Positions 21,363 to 30,594 of a DNA stretch of 64,000 nucleotides are shown piece by piece. The notes under the pieces were generated by a model. The model had not been told where the DNA came from and did no database searches. It saw nothing but the letters and a program-made list of their open reading frames with translations. The DNA lies in NCBI GenBank assembly GCA_963718995.1, contig CAVRAP010000019.1, positions 32,243 through 96,242 of the forward strand, in the 5' to 3' direction. The DNA is from an uncultured Actinomycetota bacterium (lineage in GTDB: Bacteria > Actinomycetota > Acidimicrobiia > Spongiisociales > UBA4744). Made by a program: the position numbers and the translations under genes. Position 1 is the first letter of the stretch. The number at the start of each line of letters is the position of its first letter.

Positions 21363-21566
21363 ATGACGATCACCGTTCATCTCGACGAGGTCCTCGATCA
21401 ACGGGGGATGACGCTGACCCAGTTGTCCGAGGAGGTCGGCATCACGCTCGCCAACCTTTCGATCCTCAAGACGGGAAAGGCCAAAGCGATCCGTTTCTCG
21501 ACTTTGGAGTCGATCTGCGCGGCGCTCGAATGTCAACCGGGGGACATCCTTCGTTGGGCTCGATGA
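21363..21566 (+). CDS. Cro/C1 (YozG-like) HTH regulator
   Basis: GITLANLSILKTGKAKAIRFSTLESIC..LECQPGDIL. Confidence 0.92.
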   Translation: MTITVHLDEVLDQRGMTLTQLSEEVGITLANLSILKTGKAKAIRFSTLESICAALECQPGDILRWAR

Positions 21567-21676
21567 CGGCAGGGGGTCTTCGCTATTCCGCGTGGCATGC
21601 CGATGAGGTCGCTGGCTAGGCTGACCGATGGGCCGGCCGCGCTGCGGAGGCTGTCGGAGTACAGGGAAGGATTGCG

Positions 21677-22081
21677 ATGGCCACGATCGATACGATTGCG
21701 GGACTTGATCCCAAATCTGCCACCAGGTTCCGCAAATCGAGGGTGCGCACGACGGAAGCTCTCCTCAAGCGAGGTGCAACCAGGCGAGGTCGTAAGGACC
21801 TTGCGGTAGCCACGAGACTTGACGAGAAGCAGATACTCGTGTGGCTGAACCGAGCCGACCTCATGCGGGTCAAGGGGATCGGCTCGGAGTACTCCGATCT
21901 TCTGGAGGCTGCCGGAGTGGACACCATCAAGGAACTGCGCCGGCGCAACCCGGCTTCTCTGACCAAGAAGATGATGCAGATCAATGAGTCGCGAAAACTC
22001 GTCCAGAGGCTCCCTACCGAAGGAATGGTCGAACGCTGGGTTGCGCACGCCTCACAACTCGACCCGATCATCACGTACTAG
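21677..22081 (+). CDS. DUF4332 helix-hairpin-helix protein
   Basis: ADLMRVKGIGSEYSDLLEAAGVDT. Confidence 0.85.
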   Translation: MATIDTIAGLDPKSATRFRKSRVRTTEALLKRGATRRGRKDLAVATRLDEKQILVWLNRADLMRVKGIGSEYSDLLEAAGVDTIKELRRRNPASLTKKMMQINESRKLVQRLPTEGMVERWVAHASQLDPIITY

Positions 22082-22100
22082 AGCGTTGTGTCAAGAATGA

Positions 22101-22127
22101 CGAGGGGGCCCCGATGGGGCCCCCTCG
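22101..22127. terminator. Hairpin between convergent genes, probable bidirectional terminator
   Basis: CGAGGGGGCCCC-GAT-GGGGCCCCCTCG, a perfect 12-bp stem. Confidence 0.75.
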
Positions 22128-22150
22128 CTCTTCCGTGATGTCCGGACCGC

Positions 22151-22663
22151 TCAGGAGGTGGTGGTTACCTTCTTGGCGGCCGGTTTCCTGGCGGTGGTGG
22201 TGGTCGCCTTCTTGGCCACCGGCTTCTTGGCGGCCGGTTTGCGGGCGGCAGCGGCGGTCTTGGCCGCAGGCTTCTTGGCGGCCGGCTTCCGGGCGGCCGT
22301 TGCGGTCTTCGCCACAGGCTTGGCAGCCGGCTTGGCCACAGGCTTGGCAGCCGGCTTCTCGGTAGCGGGCCGGAAGGAAGTACGCCAGTTGCTCAACATG
22401 TCGTCGAGCTGCTCACGAAGCTTTCCAACCTGCTCCTGGATCTGGTCGAAGTCCATCTTTGCGCCGAGGTCCTCGACGAAGTCCTCGACCGCCTTGCGGT
22501 CTGCGACCTTGTTGACGACCTTCTCGCCTTCGACGGCCCACACGTCATAGTCCTTGTTGAGCTTGCCGCTCATCTCGGTGACCCGCTCTGAAAGCTTGCG
22601 GGCGGTTACGACGGGGACGCCTACGGCTGCGTAGAGCACCTTCTTGGTCGTATCGACAATCAT
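22151..22663 (-). CDS. HBHA-like protein with Lys/Ala/Pro-rich tail
   Basis: LYAAVG N-terminus, coiled-coil middle, KPAAKK repeats; downstream of an XRE gene as in mycobacterial Rv0474-hbhA. Confidence 0.65.
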   Translation of the reverse strand: MIVDTTKKVLYAAVGVPVVTARKLSERVTEMSGKLNKDYDVWAVEGEKVVNKVADRKAVEDFVEDLGAKMDFDQIQEQVGKLREQLDDMLSNWRTSFRPATEKPAAKPVAKPAAKPVAKTATAARKPAAKKPAAKTAAAARKPAAKKPVAKKATTTTARKPAAKKVTTTS

Positions 22664-23034
22664 TCCATTTCCTCCTTTGCTCCCGATTGAACGAATGTTC
22701 GGTAGATATCGAGGAGCACTTGCTTCTGTCGTTGGTTCAATTGCTGGTCCGTCTCTACCGCCTCGACGACGGTCGGCGGATTAAATCCGTCTTCCAGCAG
22801 TCCGGCCCTCGAGTAGAGGGACTCGGCCTGGATGGATAGGCCCCGGGCGATCGACTTGAGAATCTCGGCGGACGGCTTGCGTAAGCCTCGCTCGATCTGA
22901 CTCAGGTAGGGATTTGAGATCCCCGCCTTGTCGGCCAGCTTCCTGAGCGAGATATTGGCTCGCTCCCGTTGCTGCCTGATAAACGCACCGAGGTCGGCGC
23001 CCTTCTTCTCAGCTGTCGTGTCGTCTTTAGCCAC
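22660..23034 (-). CDS. XRE-family regulator (Rv0474-like)
   Basis: GISNPYLSQIERGLRKPSAEIL...AESLY. Confidence 0.9.
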   Translation of the reverse strand: MAKDDTTAEKKGADLGAFIRQQRERANISLRKLADKAGISNPYLSQIERGLRKPSAEILKSIARGLSIQAESLYSRAGLLEDGFNPPTVVEAVETDQQLNQRQKQVLLDIYRTFVQSGAKEEME

Positions 23035-23041
23035 CCTTAGC

Positions 23042-23070
23042 AGTATATTGCGGAGTGCTAACTATTGCAA
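23042..23070 (-). promoter_or_regulatory. Housekeeping-sigma promoter, probably leaderless transcript
   Basis: Minus strand TTGCAA-N17-TATACT, then 7 nt to the GTG start at 23034. Confidence 0.6.
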
Positions 23071-23077
23071 GCAGAGT

Positions 23078-23132
23078 CCCGTTCTTGCGTGAGAAACCGG
23101 CACATAGTGGCGAAAAGCCACGCAAGAACGGG
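23078..23132. repeat. Solo palindromic repeat (CCCGTTCTTGCGTG...CACGCAAGAACGGG)
   Basis: Same arms as the copies at 40070 and 41083; opposite orientation. Confidence 0.85.
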
Positions 23133-23141
23133 TTGGATCGA

Positions 23142-23327
23142 TCAGTCCTGATCGAACGCTTGGGCCAGGTCGGCCAGGAAATCCTGCTCCTGACCTGAAT
23201 GCTGATCGAGGATGAGGTCGCTCGATATCGTCCAGGCGTGCAGGCACCAGGGGCAGAAGTGTTCGCCGCTTTCGAGACGGACCGTGTCACGGGCCGCGCA
23301 GTGCGGGCAATCGTTAGCAATGGGCAC
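23142..23327 (-). CDS. Small zinc-ribbon protein
   Basis: CPHC...CPWC with acidic tail. Confidence 0.55.
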   Translation of the reverse strand: MPIANDCPHCAARDTVRLESGEHFCPWCLHAWTISSDLILDQHSGQEQDFLADLAQAFDQD

Positions 23328-23366
23328 TTCGGTAGATTCTGCCCGATGGGACCCGCCCGATGCGAA

Positions 23367-24551
23367 CTAGAAGATACTGGTCCGTTCACTGAGCATGATG
23401 TCGAGGGCTTTCTGCACCCGGGCGCGAACGGCTTCTGAGATCTCCAACACTGCAAGTCGATCCGGGCGGTCGGTGGCCGGACCAACGTCAATCGGCTCGA
23501 GGAAACGAATGTGCCATCGGACCGGCAGGGGGATGGGGTTGAGCCATACGGCCATCTCATCGACACGCTGCTGGGGAAATACCAGTCGCACGAGCTGGGC
23601 CAGCCGTTTGGATGTGAAGAGCGCCGGGTGCACATCCTCCGAACCCATGATGGCGACGGGAACGATGGGTGCCCCGGCCCGCATCGCCAGTTTGACGAAT
23701 CCCCCGCGACCAAATGGCTTCAGCCGGTATGCATCGGAACCTGATTTCTGGAAACCTTGCACACCTTCGGGAAAGACCCCGAGGAGGTGACCGTTCTCGA
23801 GCACCCACATCGCATCCTCTTTTGCGGCATAGGCGGCTCCCGATTTGCGATAGAGATGTGAGTACGTAGGGATCATGTTGAAGATTTCGGTGCCGATCAC
23901 CCGCACCCGGCGCGGAGCGGGGGCCTCGTTCGTGACCGCCATTTGCAACATGAGCGCGTCATAGGGGATGGCAGCCCCACCGTGATTAGCGGCGAGGACG
24001 GCAGCTCCATCCATGGGCACGTGCTCCAGCCCGGTCGTTTCGACCCGGAAGTAGTCGAAGTAGACATAGTTGCCCAGGTGCCACAACATCTCGGCAACCA
24101 CCGGGTCCAACCCGAGAGCGTCGATGTCGTAGCTCGCCATTTGCAGGTGGCGCAGTAGCGCCGGCCAGGAGTCGAATCCCAGGGCACCCGTGGCGGGGAT
24201 GGCCAGATCGGAGAAGTTGGTCCCACCGTGGAGAGCGCACCGGTCCTGGTTGACAATCGGGGGGAGGCCGCACAGGAACCCTTCGATGGTGGCGAACTCG
24301 CAGGTCCGATCCCGATCGACCAGGGATGCCAATCGTGCGCGAGTTTCCCTCCGGCGTCCCTCGCCGCGTATCCCGGCTCGCCGCACGCTCGCTTGCGAAG
24401 ATGCGCCGGGCTGCTCCTCGCTTGCCTTGAGTCCGGCTGCCACCGATTGCACCAGCGCAGGTTTGTTCATCGAGGATCGGCCGCTGATGTCCAATGCCCT
24501 CGCCAAAGCCCGGAGTTCGGACGCACTGAGGCGGTTGAGGATCTCTTCCAT
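23367..24551 (-). CDS. Lysophospholipid acyltransferase with Rho-N-like N-terminal module
   Basis: NHGGAAIPYD, FPEG, PIVPVA; N-terminal ELRALARALDISGRSSMNK. Confidence 0.85.
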   Translation of the reverse strand: MEEILNRLSASELRALARALDISGRSSMNKPALVQSVAAGLKASEEQPGASSQASVRRAGIRGEGRRRETRARLASLVDRDRTCEFATIEGFLCGLPPIVNQDRCALHGGTNFSDLAIPATGALGFDSWPALLRHLQMASYDIDALGLDPVVAEMLWHLGNYVYFDYFRVETTGLEHVPMDGAAVLAANHGGAAIPYDALMLQMAVTNEAPAPRRVRVIGTEIFNMIPTYSHLYRKSGAAYAAKEDAMWVLENGHLLGVFPEGVQGFQKSGSDAYRLKPFGRGGFVKLAMRAGAPIVPVAIMGSEDVHPALFTSKRLAQLVRLVFPQQRVDEMAVWLNPIPLPVRWHIRFLEPIDVGPATDRPDRLAVLEISEAVRARVQKALDIMLSERTSIF

Positions 24552-24556
24552 CTTCG

Positions 24557-25501
24557 CTAACCGGACATCTGGGCGGGAAGTCGCCCGTAGGTGGCCAGCA
24601 CCAGTCGGCGGCAGTTCAGACTCGGTGTGAACCCCAGGGTTTCGTTCATGAGGTGGGTATCGATCACCCGCCCGTACTTGATGAGGCTCCCGAGATGTCG
24701 CGGGAGGGAGGCACCAAACGGTCGCAGGACCTTCATGGCCATGTCGAACTGGCGCGCCGGGAGCCTTTGGTTGATCCGGTTCCCGAGCCGGAGAATCCGA
24801 CTGAGGTAGAGCTGCCCGTCGCTACTGATATTGAACGTTCCGCCCGTCGGATGGTCGATCGAGTGTTCCAACGCCGCTACTGCGTCATCTTCGTGGACGA
24901 ACTGGAGTCGCGGATCACTTCCCAGCAGCGTGGGAACGACCGGTAGCCGGAGGTAGAGACTGAGCTGGTTCCCGATCGTCGGTCCCACAATGGGATTGAA
25001 ACGCAATACCGTGAACGTGATCTTCGGCAGCTCGTCTGCGAGTTGGGAAACCGCCGACTCGACGTCCCGCAGGCTGCGCTCGTAGCTGGTGAGGCGCGCC
25101 GGCGTCGACGTCGATTCGCGAACAACCGACGGATTGCGAGGCCCCGATCCGTACACGGCTGCGTCGGACTTGACGATCACATTCTTGACGCCGGGAAGGC
25201 GTCCTATGGCCCCGAACAGTGCCTGGGCGCCGAGGACGACACTCGATCGGGAGTGCTCGGGACCGAGGAGTGCCGACCGGTCGAGGGTCTGAAGGTGGAC
25301 AACGGTGGTCGGTTTGACCGAAAGCACGTGCTCGGCCAGCTCGAGAACATCAAGGCTGGACAGGTGAAAATACGACGAGAACGCAACCGCGGGTTCGACT
25401 TCGTCCACTGCAAACACTTCGGTTTCAGTCCGGGACTCGAGGCTCCGGATCAAGTGCCCGCCGACCCACGATGATGCTCCCGTCACCAGGATCCTGTGCA
25501 T
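24557..25501 (-). CDS. NAD-dependent epimerase/dehydratase family protein
   Basis: ILVTGASSWVG, DPRLQFVHEDD. Confidence 0.85.
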   Translation of the reverse strand: MHRILVTGASSWVGGHLIRSLESRTETEVFAVDEVEPAVAFSSYFHLSSLDVLELAEHVLSVKPTTVVHLQTLDRSALLGPEHSRSSVVLGAQALFGAIGRLPGVKNVIVKSDAAVYGSGPRNPSVVRESTSTPARLTSYERSLRDVESAVSQLADELPKITFTVLRFNPIVGPTIGNQLSLYLRLPVVPTLLGSDPRLQFVHEDDAVAALEHSIDHPTGGTFNISSDGQLYLSRILRLGNRINQRLPARQFDMAMKVLRPFGASLPRHLGSLIKYGRVIDTHLMNETLGFTPSLNCRRLVLATYGRLPAQMSG

Positions 25502-25642
25502 GGACGAAGTGTAGGCCGGGCGTGATCGGCGTCCTCCGGCGGGCGGTGGCGCCAACCCGGGTCTGGTGTAGCGGATTCGTTCCGGGGGAGAGCACGTGCC
25601 GATCCGCCCTCGGGGAAGCTGCATGGAGGTACCATCTGCCAC

Positions 25643-25900
25643 ATGGAAGCGCTGTTGCTCGAGTTTGGCGGAGACACCCCTCCCCAGTGGATGGTGGAGC
25701 TGGCCGATGAGCTTGTCGAAGATCCCCGCTGCCGGCTTGTCTTGATGGGCTCGGATCAGAGGGGGGTCGTCCTGGTTACCATCTGGGACGCGGAGACGAT
25801 CGGCGAAGTAGAGGCGGGACTGGCCGGCTTCGCCGATGATGGTGTTCGGATCCGGAGGCTTTCGCTGGTTGATCCGGGTAATCCGGCTGGACTCTCCTGA
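25643..25900 (+). CDS. Hypothetical protein
   Basis: GGAGG upstream; fills the gap before the DAHP synthase. Confidence 0.45.
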   Translation: MEALLLEFGGDTPPQWMVELADELVEDPRCRLVLMGSDQRGVVLVTIWDAETIGEVEAGLAGFADDGVRIRRLSLVDPGNPAGLS

Positions 25901-25945
25901 ACCTGTGGAGGACGACGACATGATGGCCCGGCGCGAGACGGTGAG

Positions 25946-26968
25946 ATGAGTTCGATGATCATTGTGATGAAACCCGATGCTGTGCAAGCGGACGTTGATC
26001 AGGTCCTCGCCCGTTTGGCCTCGATCGACTCGGAGGCTCACGTTTCGGTTGGGCAGAAGCACACGGTGATTGGGGTGATCGGTGATCGCGATCGCATTCA
26101 GCAATTGCCGTGGGAGGCGATGTCCGGCGTCGAACGAGCCGTACCCGTGCTGAAGCCGTTCAAGTTCGTCAGTCGGGACTTTCAGGACGCCGACACGGTG
26201 ATCGAGGTACGGGGGGCGCGGATCGGCGGTGGTTCATTTGCCGTGGTGGCCGGTCCCTGTGCCGTTGAGAGTCGCGACCAGCTGTTCCGCGCCGCCGAGG
26301 CTGTTCAACAGGCGGGAGCCCACATCTTGCGGGGAGACGCGTTCAAACCGAGGACTTCGCCGTATGCCTTCCAGGGCTTGGGCGAAAAGGGTCTGGAGCT
26401 CCTGGCCGAGGCTCGCGAAGAGTTCGACATGCCGTTTGTTGCTGAGGTTCTGGATCCCCGTGATGTTGAGCTGGTGGCTTCCTATGCCGACATCCTCCGG
26501 GTTGGCACTCGCAATATGGCCAACTTCACGCTGCTGACCGAGGTCGGCAAGCAGGCCCGGCCCGTGCAGCTCAAGCGAGGCTTCACGGCGACCGTCGAGG
26601 AGTGGCTGAACGCTGCGGAATACATCTACAAAGAGGGCAACCATCAGATCATCATGATCGAGCGAGGCATCAGGACCTTCGAGACCTCGACCCGCAACAC
26701 GCTCGACATCAGCGCCGTTCCCGTGGTCAAAGGTTTGTCCCACCTCCCGGTGATGGTTGACCCTTCTCACTCCGGGGGGCATCGCTATCTGGTGGCTCCC
26801 CTCGCCCGGGCTGCCATCGCCGTCGGTGCCGACGGTTTCATGGTCGACGTCCATCACGCACCCGATACGGCTCTGGTTGACGGCCCCCAGGCCATCCTCC
26901 CATCCGACTTTGCCGCGCTGATGGATGACATCAGACGGCTCGCGTCTGCCCTCAACCTTCAGATCTGA
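25946..26968 (+). CDS. aroF: DAHP synthase, class I-beta with N-terminal regulatory domain
   Basis: AGPCAVES, KPRTSPYAFQG, ERGIRTFE, DPSH. Confidence 0.93.
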   Translation: MSSMIIVMKPDAVQADVDQVLARLASIDSEAHVSVGQKHTVIGVIGDRDRIQQLPWEAMSGVERAVPVLKPFKFVSRDFQDADTVIEVRGARIGGGSFAVVAGPCAVESRDQLFRAAEAVQQAGAHILRGDAFKPRTSPYAFQGLGEKGLELLAEAREEFDMPFVAEVLDPRDVELVASYADILRVGTRNMANFTLLTEVGKQARPVQLKRGFTATVEEWLNAAEYIYKEGNHQIIMIERGIRTFETSTRNTLDISAVPVVKGLSHLPVMVDPSHSGGHRYLVAPLARAAIAVGADGFMVDVHHAPDTALVDGPQAILPSDFAALMDDIRRLASALNLQI

Positions 26969-26972
26969 TTTC

Positions 26973-27995
26973 GTGCCGACTGCCGCCATCATCGGAACCG
27001 GGCTGATCGGAACCTCGGTTGGGCTCGGCTTGCGGGCGTCGGGGTGGCTCGTTACCGGATGGGATCCCGACCCGGCTGCGGTTCAGGTGGCTCTGGAACT
27101 GGCAGCCATCGATGAGCAGGCGGTCGGCGCTGCTGAGGCGATGCAGTCGGCCGATCTCGTTGTGCTGGCCGGCCCGCCGGCAGCCGTAATCAGTGAGCTG
27201 GCCGGGTTGGCTACCGACGCCCTCGTAACGGACGTGGCCGGCATCAAAGCACCGGTTGTTGCGGCGGCCGGGCATCTGAGACATTTCGTCGGAGGCCATC
27301 CCATGGCCGGTCGGGAGCATGCCGGTCCCCGGGCTGCATCCGCAGCGCTTTTTCGGGGCGCGACCTGGATCCTCTGCTCAGACGGCGCCTCCGCGGCAGA
27401 TCTGCAACGGACCAGGGAGGTGGTCATGAGTCTCGGGGCCGTGCCGGTCACGATGACGGCTGCAGAACACGATGCGGCGGTCGCCGCGATCAGCCATCTT
27501 CCTCAGGTGCTCGCCTCGGCCCTCGTCCAGGTAGCGGCCGACGACCCGCATGCTTTGGATCTGGCGGCCGGGAGTTTTCGTGATCTGACCAGGGTGGCGC
27601 TCAGCGAGCCCGCCTGGTGGGCGGAGCTACTGGTCATCAACCAGAGCGAGCTCCGCCGTGTTGTTGGGGCGCTCATCGAGGCGCTGCGCGGCTGGTCTGC
27701 CGCCCTCGAGGAAGGAGCGGTCGATCGGCTCGCCACCGACCTTCAGGAGGCACGTCGGGTCCGTCAGGCGATGGCACCGCCGGTTGTTGCGGTAGGGGTG
27801 GTCATGCAGGATCGCCCGGGTGAGTTGGGAGCGGTCGGCCGATCGCTGGCCGCCAGCGGTGTGGATGTACGCGACCTCCAGCTTCGTCATGGACCCCACG
27901 GTGGTGGCGGAGTGTTGACCCTGTCCGTGCGACCCGGGGAGGCAGAAACCCTCCGGGCGGCGCTCACTGCAGAGGGTTTCCAGCTCGAGGAGTGA
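26973..27995 (+). CDS. tyrA: Prephenate dehydrogenase with ACT domain
   Basis: IGTGLIGTS, GGHPMAGRE, HD...A.ISHLPQ, FRDLTRVA, DRPGEL. Confidence 0.9.
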   Translation: MPTAAIIGTGLIGTSVGLGLRASGWLVTGWDPDPAAVQVALELAAIDEQAVGAAEAMQSADLVVLAGPPAAVISELAGLATDALVTDVAGIKAPVVAAAGHLRHFVGGHPMAGREHAGPRAASAALFRGATWILCSDGASAADLQRTREVVMSLGAVPVTMTAAEHDAAVAAISHLPQVLASALVQVAADDPHALDLAAGSFRDLTRVALSEPAWWAELLVINQSELRRVVGALIEALRGWSAALEEGAVDRLATDLQEARRVRQAMAPPVVAVGVVMQDRPGELGAVGRSLAASGVDVRDLQLRHGPHGGGGVLTLSVRPGEAETLRAALTAEGFQLEE

Positions 27996-28018
27996 GGCGA
28001 TCTCCGGGGACAAAAGAC

Positions 28019-28046
28019 CCGGAGGCGCATCGCAATGCGCCCCCGG
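28019..28046. terminator. Hairpin between convergent tyrA and cytochrome genes
   Basis: CCGGAGGCGCAT-CGCA-ATGCGCCCCCGG. Confidence 0.55.
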
Positions 28047-28068
28047 ACCGTCCTCTGGTTTCCTCTCC

Positions 28069-29448
28069 TCACGGGCCCGGTAGCACATCCACGATCACGT
28101 CCTGGTTGGCCGCGATCTCCTCAGGAAGTACTTTGTCGGCCGTCAGAAACAGCGAGGCGTTGCCGTGACAGGAGTCACACGACGCGTTCTGCGGGGTGTT
28201 CTTCTGGATGTTGTGGGGCGTGGCAGGCGCAAACGTCGGCCGGGCATCGAACTCAGGCAGCAGATTCGTCCCGTAGAACGAGAAGCTTTCCGGATCGATC
28301 GGCACATGGCGCACCACCGTGTAGCTCCAGGGCCGTTGCTCGGTTTGCTCGACGTTCTTGCCGATATAGAACGCCATCTGCGAAGGTTCGATCTTGTAGT
28401 AGGGCGTCCCTTCGTCCGATGTCTGCACGTGGCAGCTGTAGCAGTTCTTGTAGTCAACCGAGTGGCAGACCTGACACGACAGGTTCTCCGAGTGGAGCGA
28501 GTGCTGCTGGTTACCGTCGGCGCCGCCTTCGACGTCGGGGTGGCAGTCGATGCACTCCACGGCCGTTTCGTCGTAGCGGTGCGTCTGGGCCGGTCCCTCA
28601 CCGTGCATTTCCGCGTCACCATGACAGTCGAAACAAGCCATGCCGCCGGGGTTGAAATGAACGTCGGCCGGGTACATGCCACCGTCTGCTGTCACATTCT
28701 TCCCCTTGTACTCGTCGTTGACCCGGCTGCCGTGACAGCCCGTGCAGGTCAGGTTCATCGGCGGCGGGTTCTTGAACGAGTGTCCGTCGAGCAATCCACC
28801 ACCGGCACTGGTCGGCCGGCTCACATGGCATTGTCCACACGACGTGTGGCAGTCGGCGCAATGATTCTCGAAGGCCAACTCCAACCCGGGAGAGAGCTCC
28901 TCGCTGCCGGTCCTTTCGGCAAATACGGTCATGTAACCGTCGAGCGTCGAGTGCAAACTCATTGCATTGGTCGTGCTGATGTCGTTGTGGCAGCTCGAAC
29001 ATGTCTCGATCGCGTCCGGATCGCGCACCATGCCGGTGTGGGCCGCTTCTATCCCATTGGCCTGGCCGTCGCCGCCGTGGCAGGCAATGCAGCCGAGTGC
29101 CCCGTGGGTTGTTTCAAAGAACTCGTCGTCGCTGACAAAGACCTGTTCCCATGCCTCTAACTGAGGCACTGAGCCTCCTCAGCCTTCACCTTCGCTGAGG
29201 GTTTCGGTGGCAATAGGTTCGACGGCCATGGCCTGCAACGTGGCCTGGTCCGTGTGACAGGCCACACAACTGGCATCCGCGGCTGCGGATGGGTCGGTGG
29301 TGGTCGTCGTCGCGACCACCGTGGTCGTGGTTGTCTGCGGCACGGTCGTCTCGCTCGACGTCGTCGTGTCATCGGCACCACTGGTGCATCCGACCGCCAG
29401 GAGGGCGAAAAGCGCACTACCGATCAGCAATTGGATCGTCTTCTTCAT
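28069..29448 (-). CDS. Multiheme (11 CxxCH) cytochrome c lipoprotein, probable selenoprotein (UGA at 29181-29179 read as Sec), 459 aa
   Basis: ORFs 29179..29448 and 28069..29169 are in the same frame: LSEGEG-U-GGSVPQLEAWE; lipobox AVGC; one heme motif before the UGA and ten after. Confidence 0.85.
29151..29169 (-). promoter_or_regulatory. Candidate bacterial SECIS hairpin
   Basis: Minus strand TGCCTC-AGTTA-GAGGCA, starting 11 nt after the UGA; loop G at +18. Confidence 0.6.
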
Positions 29449-29466
29449 CTCACCTCCTCGGGTCGA

Positions 29467-29494
29467 GCGGGGCGCCGGGAGCCGGCGCCCCGCT
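29467..29494. other. Strong intercistronic stem-loop
   Basis: AGCGGGGCGCCGG pairs with CCGGCGCCCCGCT, between the rhodanese and cytochrome genes. Confidence 0.7.
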
Positions 29495-29505
29495 GGGTCG
29501 GAGAG

Positions 29506-30583
29506 TTATCCGGTGACGGTCGGGTAGTCGGGTGCCGTCGTGAACGGGGTGGTGCCGACCACGTCGGGGTCGTCGCTCCATCCCATCATCCCGAACTTCA
29601 TGTTGATGACGTCGTAGCCGAGCAGCTTCAGCGCCGTGGCGGCCGCCTGGCCGGTGTGGCCGGTGTAGCAGTACACCATGATCGGCTGATCGGTGGGCAG
29701 CATCGCCATATTGGCCGGGTCGGCGACGGCCTTCCAGCCGATGTTGATGGCACCCTCGACATGCCCGAGGGCATACACATCAGGCAGCCCGGACGCTCAC
29801 GACGAAGTAATCGTTGGAATCGTCACCGTCGGCCATGTTGTCGAACAGTTCCGACGCGCCCGTAACCGGCGTCCAGTCGGCCAGCATGGCCCGGGCCGCG
29901 GCAAGAGCGATGTCCGAAGCCTCGGTCTCCCCGGTAGCCAGCACCGGCAAGTCGTAGGTTTCGGTGGCAACGGTTGCCTCGGTGACGGTCGGATAGCCCG
30001 GCGAAGTCGTGAATGGGGTCGTCGCAACGACGTCGAGGTCGTTGGTCCAGCCCATCATTCCGAACTTCAGGTTGCTGACGTCATAGCCGAGGACCTTGAG
30101 CAGCGTTGCCGCCACCTGGCCGGTGTGGCCCGTGTAGCAATAGACGACGATCGGCTGATCGGTCGGCAGCATGGCCAGGCTGGCCTCGTCGACGATGCTC
30201 TTCCAGGGGATGTTGATGGCCCCTTCGATATGACCGAGGGCGTAGTGCTCAGGAGCCCGAACACTGACGATGAACGGGTCGTTCGACTCGTCACCGTCGG
30301 TCAGGTTCTCGTACAGGTCATTTGCCGAGATAACCGGTGTCCACTCGGCGAACTGCGCAGTGATCTGCCCGGCCAGCACCAACTCCTCGTCGACCATGAC
30401 GGCGGTGGTGGTCGTGGCTTCGGCCGTTGTGGTGGTGGCTTCGGTTGTGGTGGTGGCTTCGGTTGTGGCCACCGCAGTCGTGGTGGTCTCTTCAGCCGCG
30501 TCGTCGGCACAGCCGGCGAGCACGATCATGCTGAATACGGTCAGGACCGCCAGCAGTTTGAAGAACTTGGTTCTCCGGTACAT
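29506..30583 (-). CDS. Tandem two-domain rhodanese lipoprotein; apparent 1-nt insertion near 29785
   Basis: Lipobox LAGC, Thr-rich linker, two repeats of SVRA...YALGH.EGAINI and active-site CYTGHTG. Confidence 0.85.
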
Positions 30584-30594
30584 CAGGTTGCTCC

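Noticed and set aside
22170-22360. Short nucleotide repeats here and in Thr-rich linkers at 29290-29370 and 30400-30490
   Set aside because: Explained by low-complexity protein segments (KPAAK and TTT linkers).
23054-23062. TTAGCACTC (CIRCE half-site) on the minus strand upstream of the XRE gene
   Set aside because: The second half-site GAGTGCTAA is not present at 9-nt spacing, and no chaperone gene follows.
29776-29790. TGA ending rhodanese ORF 29780..30583 as another Sec codon
   Set aside because: The continuation is in a different frame. Removing one base gives RAPDVYALGH, matching RAPEHYALGH in the first domain, so it is an indel and not recoding.
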